Below, in pieces: positions 1-11,115 of a stretch of 64,000 nt of DNA. The notes under the pieces are model-generated. The model made no database searches, was not told where the DNA came from, and worked only from the letters and a program-made list of their open reading frames with translations. The DNA is taken from NCBI RefSeq assembly GCF_000315625.1, contig NW_005434575.1, positions 173,236-237,235 on the forward strand, in the 5' to 3' direction. The translations under genes and the position numbers were made by a program. The DNA is from Guillardia theta CCMP2712 (Eukaryota; Protista; Cryptophyta). Position 1 is the stretch's first letter; each line of letters starts with the position of its first letter.

Positions 1-915
1 TCTCTCCTCTCTATCTCGCCTAACTCCCCCCTCCCATCTCACTCTCCTCCTCCTCCTCCTCCTCCTCCTCCTCCTCCTCCTCCTCCTCCTTTACTTCGAG
101 ATCGCCTTTGGCTACAGCGAGCACTCGTAGATGAAACTTGCGATTCTGGTAACTTTTCCTTTCCCCGTCAGCAGTGCGATGGAAGGAGGGTGAAGGGATA
201 CAGCATTGGAGGGTCGATGCATCGCTGCTAGAAATGAGATTGTCTTGAAGCAGCAGCACTCAGAAAACCTGAAGCAGCCAGACGTTTGACTGACTTGTTT
301 GCAAAATCTCCATCATCTTTGTCTTGGCGATCTCCTCCAAGGAGAAAAGATGCACATCTTGACCTTTGAGAACAACGAAACCTCAGTCTCCCTCAAGAAC
401 AAGAAAACGGAGTCCGTGCCCAGTCTCTCACCTCGGTTGGAGTCGCTTGCCTTCAATACCCATAGGTCTCCATCCTTCTTCAATTCCTCCTTCAGCTGCT
501 CCAAGTATTCCGTCACATCCTCCTCGTCTTCTCTCAGCTCCACGAGATCCACGACGTGAGTGGTGGGGATCGCAGACATAAGTCGGGATCCAGGGAACTT
601 TCTCGCATGCTTCTCGATCATCCTGTGCATGTCAGCCTTACGGTTGATGCACGTCTTGAGGTAGTAGAGGTTCGATCCGATCTTCCCCTCCAGTACATGA
701 TGCCATGGCACGTCCCGCCCGCTGCACCAAGTCAAGTCGACGGCCGGGTCAGCGCTGTCAAGAACAGAACTGTCCTGTGAGAGCACAGAGCTTCAGGAGG
801 AGGGAGGAGAGCGTCTCCTACTCACCTCTGTGACCTCCCATCCTCTCTTCTCAAACTGATCTCTTAGCAACTTCCTCGCCTTCCACCATGTCGGCAGCAA
901 AATTACCCTCGGCAT
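1..915 (-). CDS. Tubulin-tyrosine ligase (TTL/ATP-grasp) family protein, 5' part; continues beyond the window start
   Basis: Spliced by eye: MPRVILLPTWWKARKLLRDQFEKRGWEVTE | intron | DSSVLD...NLYYLKTCINRKAD...IPTTHVV...DLWVLKASDSNRGERL. The W-V-L-K-x-S-x-x-N-R-G motif is typical of TTL/TTLL proteins. Confidence 0.65.
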
Positions 916-1247
916 TCTCCCCGACCGCCTGGCCAAGGCGCTACCCCTACCCCCCGAAATTATCTAACACCCGTGATAAGTCAGTGTATTGCACCGGTGA
1001 CTTAGTACCCTCTACCCCTGTAGAATCCCTGGTCTGTGCCTGGTGCCGAAAAATGCTTTCCTGTCGCAAGTAGCTCCAACCGAGTCTGGCAAGAAGAGAG
1101 ACGATGAGAAGAAGTTGAGCCGATATGAACAGTATGATGCCGTCGACACACGATGGTGACCAAACATTTCATTGAAAGATTTAGATATACACGTGCTTTA
1201 CAAAAGAATAAATGAGTGAACAAGCCTTTCCCAACAGCCCAGTTTCT

Positions 1248-2550
1248 CTAACCGGCCTTGCAAATTTTCTGCAAATTGAGAGAATGTGGCATGGAGAAAC
1301 AAAGCTTCATAGCGGAATGATCGGAGAGATCATCCTCCAAAATCTGTGCAATCCGAGGTCAGATCTCTTTTCCACACCCAACATCAGTCACCTTGTACTC
1401 GTCGACTTGCAAGTCCGTGAAGACATGATCAAGATTGACATTGTACTCCACGTCACGCCATCCAGGGGGGGTCAGGAAGGAGTGGGTCGAATAAGTGCCA
1501 CGGAATTCAGGCGCACAGACGCTCTCTCGCCCGATGAGCTTCACGGCATCGTTATATTCGTCGGATCCGCCTTCGATGTTGAAATCTCCTCCGAGAATGT
1601 AGTGCTCGCCATCCTTCACCTACATTAGGATCAGCACATAAGCAAGGTGCTCCCGCATGCTTCGTACCACTGAGTCCAGAAAGTTCTTCACTTCGACGAT
1701 CTGCCCATGGCGGATTCTGGTAGCCCCCTCTATGCCGTCGTCTGTGGCTGCAAGAAATCGAACAACTTCGCTTCCCATGTCGTGTTGATCTCCTTTTTCA
1801 GTAGATTTCTCAAGCATGGAAGTAGTAGGAGCCGAAGTACATTGCATGTGCCTGAATCTTTCCTGTTAGCGACAAAAAGAAATACTGTTGGTTGTACTCA
1901 CGTCGAAAGGAGATGAAGCTTCGAGTTGGAATTCACCGAAACTTCTGCACTGAGAACACCATTGGGTACAAGACTCTGCCAACCAGAGCAGTTCTGGAAG
2001 ACGATGGATTTTGCATCCTTGATCGGGAACCTACGAACCAACGTCAGCTCATCTGCCTTCGCCAACATGAATGATGTACCGACTCAAGATGACGTTACCA
2101 GTATCCATCAACATCCCAACCTGTTCATAGAGGATCAGCACAGGAGGAGAAGTCGTCTGCGAGAACTACCGGTGTGAAACAGACGTAGAACCCTTTCTTC
2201 CTTGCTTCTTCGTAGAAGTATGTATGGTGCGAAGACCACCAGCATCCCCACAGCTCGTTGATCAGCAGCACGTCATATGAATGCAGCATGTCCAGAAGCA
2301 TGTTGATTCGTTCGCGCTTCTTATCCTTTCCATCAAATAGCCAGCCCCCGGAGAATGATAGGCCGCCTGGCAGCAAGCAGAAGTTCAAGACCATGGCTCG
2401 AATCCTTTGGTTGCTGATTCTGCTTTCCGAAGCAACCTTCTCGTCTTCAGGAGCAAGAACAACGGGCTTTTGGCTTCTTTTCGTTCTGAGGTAAAGATAC
2501 GTCGCAAACACCGCAAGCGGAGATGTGAGAAAGATCCATGACGACATCAT
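1248..2550 (-). CDS. Endonuclease/exonuclease/phosphatase (EEP) family, sphingomyelinase/ISC1-like, N-terminal membrane anchor; multi-exon
   Basis: N-terminal TM (WIFLTSPLAVFATYLYL), MVLNFCLLP, YDVLLINELW, YILGGDFNI, NLDHVFT and terminal LSDH: the DNase I-like fold motifs in order. Confidence 0.8.
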
Positions 2551-2789
2551 CGCTCAGATACAGATTCCCGCCAATCGAATCCTGCGGGTAGCGAGGGCTC
2601 TTGCTATGCACGGCTCAAGACAGAGCCTTGCACCGATGAGGAAGAAGTCTTGGGGAGGGATACGAAATCGGACAGAGAGCAGGGCTCGTCGAGAGGAGCA
2701 ACTCAAGACTGGTGTGAAGGCACCGGAGGGACGAGGATTGAAGTTGTGCCGGCAAGATGGGATCAAAGGAGGCATGCAAGAGGTATAAG

Positions 2790-3300
2790 ACAAAATAAGG
2801 GGTAGTGGTACTCCTGGGATTCAGGGTGATAATGAGTAGAGGGTAGGGTACTCCAATGATATACAACACCCCATCTTTGCGATCTGTATTTCACGGGTGA
2901 TCTTCAAATAGATATTTTTCAAAGGGGTACTAGCCCACATGGGTAGTATTTTCAAGGGGTACACCATTTTCGAGGTGGGTGGGGCGAATTGGGGTAGGGC
3001 TTCAGGGGAGGAAACAGGCGTAGGTTAGATTGAGTGATTCTTAAAATGGTTTTAAAAACATTTTCGAATAAACGCGAAAGTTAAAAATTTATGAATCTGT
3101 ATATTTCAAGTTTTAATCAATCATTTTAAATTTAATAGAATACTTGTTTTTCATAAAACATTTTATTCTTTACACCCTCTCCACCCTCTTTAGTGAACTA
3201 ATTGTCCAGTAAATACGAACAATAAGTCCAGTAAATAGTCCACTGAAACCAGTCAGCCGGGGCCCGTGAGGCCCGGCCGGGCCAGTGAACTGAAATTTGA
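2790..3300. repeat. GGGTA (TACCC on minus)-rich tract, AT-rich spacer, then short GC micro-palindrome island
   Basis: Repeated GGGGTA/GGGTA at 2798-3000, AT-rich 3040-3240, GCCGGGGCCCGTGAGGCCCGGCCGGGCC at about 3256-3283. Confidence 0.5.
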
Positions 3301-3899
3301 TGGAGCCTTCAAGGGGTAGGTGGTAATTGAGGATATTCGAGGGGTGATCACCATCTTCGCTCTAAAAGGAGCGATGGTAATGCAGAGATGCGATGGTGTT
3401 TGTGTGGGCTTATGGGCATGGCAGTTCCATACTATCAGACAGACTGTCGAACTTCTGAGCAATGAGAATGGCGAGATGCTGGCTGCTCAGTTCTTCATCG
3501 AAAAGTCTCCTCCAGACGTCACTGTAAGAGTGAGTACATGCGTTGAGCCGAACTGGCAAAGATTGATCACTGTTGTCAAACAGGGTGCTGGCCTTGATGT
3601 TGGGGCATGGTTCTGCTCTGATGCAAAGACGGAAGAGGTTGATTGAAAAACAATAATCGAATTGTTCTGAATTGAAGATATAGGAATGCAAGCAGATTGC
3701 CACTGAGGCTAACAATTGGAGGTACACGGCTTGAACGCCACGGCATTGGCCGTATGCGCTCTTCCATGTGGTTGGTTTTGGTACCTTTCTGCTCTAGGTG
3801 TATCTATACTTTTTTATGGATGGCGTTGCCTTTTGTAGGTATTCACGCAACATCATCCATAAGCTTAAAATAAAGGTTCGGGTCATGTACATCAATGGA

Positions 3900-5976
3900 A
3901 TTTAATCCTTCAAAAAATTATATCAGTTCAACAAGCTGAATAGCCTATCATATCTGTTAACACGTCAGAAGGCAATCAAATTCTCGAACAAAAATGAGGA
4001 GCAACCTTGCACAAACTTGCTTCAAATGAATTTCGATCTCTGGGTCACCAGCATCTGTTGATTAGCATCGTGAGTGTTCTGCAGGGAGTGACAGCAGAGG
4101 CAAAGTTTCATCCACATGTATCAGAATAGTCCAAGAAGGAATTTGAAAATGATTGCGATCCAGTGGCTGGGAAAATGTCAGCTTTCTACTTCAGTGTAGA
4201 ACAGATCTTGCCGTAGTCAGCTGAGAGCGTTGTCCTGTTTGGACTTCTCGATGCAGGGAAACTCGTTTGAGACTTCTAGAATGAACAAACTCAGTATTGA
4301 TATTATCTTCTTACCAAAGTATTAACCTGATCCTGAAAAGAAAGCGAATGTTGAAGTTTGATGTTTTCCAGTCTCATCTCGTGCTTTCATTTCGGAAAGT
4401 TTGTGTCAGGACAGGTCGTGTTTTGTGTCACAGTGCACTTCGGTTTACAGCAACATACCTGCTTTCTGTTTTGATGGGAAATCTTCTGTTCTGCAATATG
4501 CAACTTGGATTCCAAGTTCTGTAGCTAACAACTAAAAGTTCAAAATGCAACCCTGCAAAGAGTGTACCATCAAACCTGTACTTTGAGGCTTGAATTTTCT
4601 GCACTTTGCTGAATCATTCCATATTCATGCTCCTTGACTTTCCTACAGCATTGGTATGAGTATAAAGTCAAGAGAGAATTTGGCATACCTGCTGAGTATC
4701 AGATTCTCTTCCTGGAGTAATGACACCTTCGATTGCTCGGAGAAATACTTCTCCGTCATGCTCTTCAACTCGGTACGCGTGTTAAGATGCTCAATCTTTT
4801 CAAGGTCGAGAATATTTTGCAAGCTCAAAACTTTTGCAGACAATGCGGAAGGTGACTCTGTCTGCGCTCTCGTTTCTACTCCCCGCAAGCATGATACATC
4901 TATGGTTTCTGCTTGGGTTAGATTTCAACAAGGTGAAAGATGTCAAGGTCTACCTGTTGGAGCCCTCTCCATATGTGCAAATTTGGACGTGTTTACAATG
5001 GGTGAAGTGTAGCTTTGTTGCCTGGGAACGATAGATTCCTGAATTTCTCGTTCATACAAGTGTGGGGAGCTTTTTGTCATGGCAGCAGGGCTTGTTTGAG
5101 ATTTTTCAACTGCAGGAACAGATCTTGCTCCGGCAACATAAGAATGAGACTTTTCGAGCATCGGAGAATATTTGTTCTCGCTAGTGTTAGAATCGCTCGG
5201 CTTCTTGACAAGGTAAATGCACAAACTGAATGTTAACGAAAGAGCAAAACCATGCAACAGTCAGATTACTTGATGATCGTAAGCCGCTACTCTTCTGAGT
5301 TGTTCGATCTCATGTCTTATTCTCTCCATATCATGCCTCCTGTCATGTCGCAAATTTCAGCCTTGTCAGTTCATGTTTCTCTTGGGGCAGAGACTCATCA
5401 GTGTTCCAAGTTCTGGGGCAAGCACGCACCTCAGGTCCGACTCATCAGGACTGATCTTGCTTGTGTCGGAGACTGAGATTTCACCATGTCCTTTTGTTGG
5501 CTTCGAGACATGTCTGTTCTTCAGCCGGCAAAGTTGATCCTCAATTGCAGCCTAGCCCATCAAACCCAACTGAGACCAACGGCAGACCCAACAAGCAACT
5601 TGCCTCCTTGTCTTTGAACGCGTCGTAGATCTCACGGAGGTTCTCTGCCGCGCGCGGATCAAGCCTCATCCTCTGCCTCGAGTGCTGATCTCCGTCCTCT
5701 TCTCTCCTACTGCCTCCTCTCTCTCTCGATCCAAACCGCCTGGTTGCTCGTCCCCGACCTCCCTATCGCGCCATGTGAACAACGGTAGGGATCGGATCAA
5801 AGTTGTGCCGAGTCGAGAATACAAGCCCGCCTCACCGGAGTGAGGACAGCAGCACAAGGGTCCTCCTGTGCTATGCTGTGGTAGAACAGCTCCAAGGCAC
5901 CGCCTCGCCTCCTCCTCGCCTCCTCCTCCACCATCGCGGCTCCTCCACACGCCTCTGCCCCTCCCTTCATTGCCAT
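3900..5976 (-). CDS. Hypothetical multi-exon coiled-coil protein (3' end uncertain)
   Basis: In-frame exon chain MAMKGGAEAC...VLTP | GGRGR...MRLDPRAAENLREIYDAFKDKE | GC-AG | AAIEDQLCRLK...; coiled-coil exon LSAKVLSLQNILDLEKIEHLNTRTELKSM. Confidence 0.45.
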
Positions 5977-6079
5977 CTCGAGCTGCCTGACGCTGCTAGA
6001 AGGTGTCTGATCTGATCCTCGTCCTACTCAACGCTCGTTGCCCGTCCTCCTACCTCCCTCGACTCTTTTCGCTAGAATC

Positions 6080-6719
6080 ATGTCAAAGGCGTTCAGCTTT
6101 CCGTCTCATTACAATTTCCCTCCTTTCTTCACCAAACAGCCGAACAGAGAAACAAACAGCACGCGAGTTCAACTGTGGAAGGACCTTATTCTCAACTACT
6201 GCCGGCATCACCGGATTTTCGTCATCGACGTACGAGAATCGCTGGCAACGAGCCCACTTTTCTGCAACGAGAAGATCTCGAGGAAGCTCAGGCAAGACGA
6301 TGCAAATGAGATCTTTCACTACATGGCTTCCGGTGGGTACGCGGAATGGTATCACCAGGATGGAAACAAGCTCCTGATCTACTGGAAGAAACCGTCTGAG
6401 TGGGCGACCTTAATGTACAACTGGGCGAGAGACACGGGGCATCTCAATGCCGTCTTGACCTTTTACGAGATACAGGAAGGAGACATTTCCATCGGGACAG
6501 GTGATGAGTCCCACATACCCATCCTGATGCTTGCTATGCCAATCTCCCCCCATGTTGTAACAAGGATGCTCAGTTCTGATTTTCTTCCTTTCAGATCTGC
6601 ACGGAATCGATCCGCTAATCTTAGAAAAATCTGCCAGAGTCCTGGAGCAGCAGGGCAAGGTGATAATATTCTCTACGGAGGGTGGAGAAACAAGTGGTAT
6701 CAAATTCTTAGAATCGTAA
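6080..6719 (+). CDS. VPS25: ESCRT-II subunit VPS25 (2 exons, intron 6501-6594)
   Basis: FSFPSHYNFPPFFTKQPN, QLWKDLILNYCR, LFCNEKISRKL, IYWKKPSEWA, VLTFYEI; exon 2 DLHGIDPLILEKSARVLEQQGK...GIKFLES*. Confidence 0.95.
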
Positions 6720-6763
6720 TGCATTCTTTTGTTCACATTTACCATCGTTTGCCGCAAGGTCGG

Positions 6764-8095
6764 TCAATATTCAATCTTGTGCTGCATGACTTCGGTCGCC
6801 TTTCGATCCAAAGTCTCCTTGTCTTTGATCCCTTCGAATATCCGCGGTACATCTGGCCAGAATCTTTCAACATTCTCATCGAGAGAATCCCATTGACAGT
6901 TCCTGAGATCAAGTTAGTTCCCTTCCTCCCAGAGCCATGGCTGCTTACAAGATCAAGTCCTGGCGAGTTTGAATGTCTTCAAGAGTATTGCCTTGCTGGT
7001 GTGCGACGGGAACAATCCTGTCAGTCCACTCGTACGTGACTTCCTTGGTAGCATCCCATCGTATCCAGCTTCCGCCTCCAGGGTAGCAGACGTAGTTGGT
7101 GATCTTCTGACCGGGGAGGTACTTCAATCCTGTCTGTATCTTGAAATCTTTGCTCGTGTTGATGATGACTCCGCTACAAGCGTCTCTTGCTGCGTCCAAC
7201 GGCACTCCCTGCTGGTTCAGCTGCTCCACTCCTGTCTTGTCGCCCAGCTTGTAAGTCCTGCGACGTTGAAGTGATATTTCGTCCAACGTCTGTCAATGTT
7301 GCCGAAATCATCAGCAGGCCAGCTGCGATCACATAACATGTCTTACCACTCGCTGACCTACTCGCAGATCCTTTCTACTTGGCCCTCGTTCACTCTGAAG
7401 GTCAACATACCCATTCGCCTGCCCGTCGCCGACATATCGGACTTCATCGAACACCTTCTTCGGGTTCTTCACGATGGCAGTCAGTCCCCCACCAAGGGAG
7501 ACGTTCACATGCTTTCTAGCCTGATCAGTTGGAGCTTCTCAGTGTTCTCACCCGGGCAGAGGACGCGTCCTCCCTGTCTCACCTTCTCAACCCACGTCCC
7601 CTGCACTTTTCGCTTCATGATCACATCCTCGAGCTCGTCTTGTCGGGGAACTTGGTCAGGAGTCCATCTGGGATGAAGGAAACGCCAGAGGTCAACGTAA
7701 CAGGAGGAGGTGGCAGTGGCGCTACCTGTGCATGACAGGACCGCCATGCACGTTTTGATGCTGGTTTTCTGTCAGCCCATGTTGGAACCTGCGGAGCACA
7801 GCCGCTTCTGCTGCCGCTGCAGCAATCGACTTGTCCCTGACAAAGATTTCTTTCATGTAGCATTTTTGAGCAACGCCGTCAACGATCTGATTGATCTGCA
7901 ATGGGAACAGTCACGAGCAAACAAATGGTCTGAGCAATCACTCACCAAGGAAAGACACATAGTTTCTGTCTTCTTCTTCGCCTCCTTGAGCAACTTTTCT
8001 CTCCGCCTCTGGATCAACAGTTCTCGTTCTAACCTTTCTCTCCTATCTTCCGCTGTTTCCATCCATTCGGGAATCACATTCCCCGCATGCGACAT
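6764..8095 (-). CDS. Hypothetical multi-exon protein
   Basis: ORFs 7853-8095, 7505-7747 and 6945-7286 can be joined by short introns; last exon NCQWDSLDENVERFWPDVPRIF...KIEY*. No family recognised. Confidence 0.5.
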
Positions 8096-8346
8096 CCTGT
8101 GTTGCGGTACTAATTCGTTGGATCAATCAAACTTCAGTCTTCTTAGCCTTAGCAGTCTCCCTTCCTCGTGAAGGGCTTCAACGTCTCTCTCACGCTTCTT
8201 GTATTGCCTGTCTTCTCACTGTACAGCCGTGAACATCAAGTATGATGGCGAGAGGCACATCATTGGCGACTCACGCTTTCAGCCATGGAGTTTAGCCTCA
8301 CCCGATCCGATTAGGAGCTTGTACGATACGCAAGCAGCAGGAGGCG

Positions 8347-8545
8347 TCTTGTTGCTCCTCCTCTCCTGCCCTTGTTGCTCCTACCTCCTCAGGCTGCTCT
8401 TGTTGCTCCTACCCTCCTGCTCTTGTTGCTCCTACCCTCCTGCTCTTGTTGCTCCTACCCTCCTGCTCTGGTTGCTCCCCGGCCCGGTAGTACCCTCCTG
8501 CTCTTGTTGCTCCTACCCTCCTGCTCTTGTTGCTCCTACTCTTGT
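8347..8545. repeat. 23-bp minisatellite (CTGCTCTTGTTGCTCCTACCCTC)n, about 7 imperfect units
   Basis: Direct tandem repeats visible; one unit carries a 12-nt insertion at 8479-8490. Confidence 0.85.
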
Positions 8546-8791
8546 GCCTGAAGCGACTGAGGTCCTTCCATCGGAACGGCTAGTAAGTGCCGGCGGCCCT
8601 AACTAAAAATATGTGCGACCCGCCTCAGTTGAGGGGGAGAGAAGAACCCTGGGCATTTTTATCATTGCCTTCAAATTTTGAACCTATATTTTGCTGTCCT
8701 AGAAATAAGAGAGGAAGATTCTGAGGCGGATCAGTTCCAGCAGGCGCATCCTAGTCGGGCATGATCAACAGGAGTGGCAGCAAGGACTGTC

Positions 8792-8830
<39 letters not shown>

Positions 8831-8843
8831 TGATGACGACGAC
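8792..8843. repeat. (GACGAT)/(GAT)n microsatellite
   Basis: Direct reading. Confidence 0.9.
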
Positions 8844-8921
8844 ACGTTCAAGATAGGATGGAAATGATGGAGATGGTTAAAGTGACAATCAAGATCATAA
8901 GTTGGAACGGATGATGAAAGA

Positions 8922-10407
8922 ATGGCGGATTGCGCGAAGAAGATTGAATTACTTGAACAATTTCGCGGTCGCTGTTTTCGATCTCCTCGCAGCTTGTTGG
9001 TTGTGATCTTCTCCTTCGTTGTTGTTCCTTCAAACTCCAACAAAGATCCGTATCCGCTCCGATGCATTCAACTCCGAGGAGGAAGGTGGGGAGGAGGAAA
9101 GGAGGAATGGAGGGTCTTTCGAAAATGTACGAGGATGTTCTATCCCTACGATGAGCTTCGATCCGTCATGTCCAACGACTACGACTCTTCAGATGACGAG
9201 TCAGATGACTATAAAGCGAAGCTCGTGCGAAGAAAGCATGCAGAAGAAAAAGCCAAGCAAGGTCAGAAATTCTTGGAGCAACCTCAGGCATTCAAGATCA
9301 GAACTAGGTATCTGAACCAATCGGCATATCAGGTGTGGTGGAGGCCTGGAATCGTCAACAAGATGTTATGGGCAGCGTGTGAGACTGGGGACAACTACGA
9401 GATAGACTTTCTTGTCAAGTTTGCGCATGCCGATATCAATGCGGTGGATTTCAACATGAAGCACCTCACCGCGCTAATGAGATCAGTGATGAACGGCCGG
9501 AAGGAAACAGTGAAGCTTTTGATCGGCCATGGCGTAAACGTGAACGCAACAGACAGCCACGGCTCCACCGCCCTTCACTACGGTGAGAAGAGCAGCTGGA
9601 TCCCTGATGCCTGATCTGCGTGTTTGACAGCTGCAATCTTTGGCTGGCCGAGAATCGTAGAGATGTTACTGGAAGCAAAAATCGACAGGTGGAAACAGAA
9701 TCAAGACAACAAGACAGCACTGGACAGTGCTCTTGAGTTTGTATGCACCATGGTGGAGGTTGAGTGTTGTTTGATACCAGATGTCCAGGTGGTGCCATAT
9801 GACGCGGACAGAACGCCTGAGGAGGACGATTTCATCGATCCAAGGAGAGTGTTGCGGTTGAAAGGGAATCAAGTCGTCATAGCAGGTGACCTGAGAATCT
9901 AACAGCAGGTTCTCACCATACTCTCATGCTCTTAGGTAGCAACTGGGAGACGGTGGGCGTGTTGCGAGCCGCCATGGGTCTCCCACCTGCCGACATGCTA
10001 CACCTGACGGGCGACATCGAAAATTTTGACTGGCTGGAGGAGAAGGTTGAAACCTACACGAGTCATGTAGGAACAGCACCTGTCTTGTCCTCCATGGCAT
10101 GAGATTGATCATGTCTCAGCTCAGAGCTCATCCTCAAACAGTCGTCGACATGCCTCCTGTTCTTCCTGACGGTGATGACTGTTTGTACAATCCTTCTGCT
10201 CATCATACCTTGTTTCTGTTCAGGTTCAGCCTGGCATGAAGGACTGATCTTGGACAATCTCCCTAGGAAGCGAAGCTCTCCTTTCTGGAAACCGTACGAG
10301 GTTCTTTTGATGGATATTCTTCTGATTGTGGCGAGAGAAGACTCGATGATGATTGTGATGGTGGTGATGGTGTCGACTGTTCCTAGGGCATTGATTTATG
10401 AAGAAGG

Positions 10408-10444
<37 letters not shown>

Positions 10445-10988
10445 TGATAAAGTTGTGGTTGTAGTTAGAGTGAAAGTGATGGGTATCGTGGTCATGATTA
10501 TGATGATGATAATGGTATCCTGATGGTGATTATCATGATGATGTCATGTATCTTTGAGAGCTACTGATGGCAGGTTCAAGAAGCTGTTTGGCCTGCTGGT
10601 TTTCCTGCAGCGAACAAGAGGGCTGGGGAGTTCGGTAGGACGCGCCTTCCTGCCCGTCGAGCTGAAAACGTGTCAGGTTTTCCCATCCCTGAGTTACCAG
10701 AGTTGAACAAGAAGGACTTTGATCGATGGAACACTCCATGGAGGTTCCCAGTGACCTACGGGGACGGCAGTAGAGGAGAACAAGGACGGGAGCACTGGCA
10801 AGGCGAGGAGGGGAGCGGGTAAGATGACTGTACATTGTTTCTTGCACTGATTCTTCTCGCATACAACTAGTGTACAGGGCAGGAGAGCAAATGCCTTTGT
10901 GGAACAGGAATCGTCTGCTCCTTCTCCTCCTCGTGCTCCTCCCCCGCCCAAGGCTCCGCCGCCTCCTCGGGCGCCTCCTCCAAGATAG
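8922..10988 (+). CDS. Ankyrin-repeat protein, multi-exon, Pro-rich C-terminus
   Basis: LWAACETGD...ADINAVD...TALMRSVMNGRKETVKLLIGHGVNVNATDSHGSTALHY | AAIFGWPRIVEMLLEAKID...KTALD; exons join in frame to ...APPPPKAPPPPRAPPPR* at 10988. Confidence 0.75.
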
Positions 10989-11115
10989 CATGTCATGGCT
11001 TCTGACAGAACCTCTTGCTGTCGTTACGTTTGATAACCCTCCCCTCTTCCTCTGGTATCCTTTCTTCCTCATCTCCTGCTACAACCTGTCACTTGCTGCT
11101 ACTTCTTTCTTGCTG

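Noticed and set aside
3296-3646. ORF 3320-3646 preceded by FDGAFKG, reminiscent of a retroelement RNase H
   Set aside because: In-frame stop after the motif, no further catalytic residues recognisable, no RT nearby.
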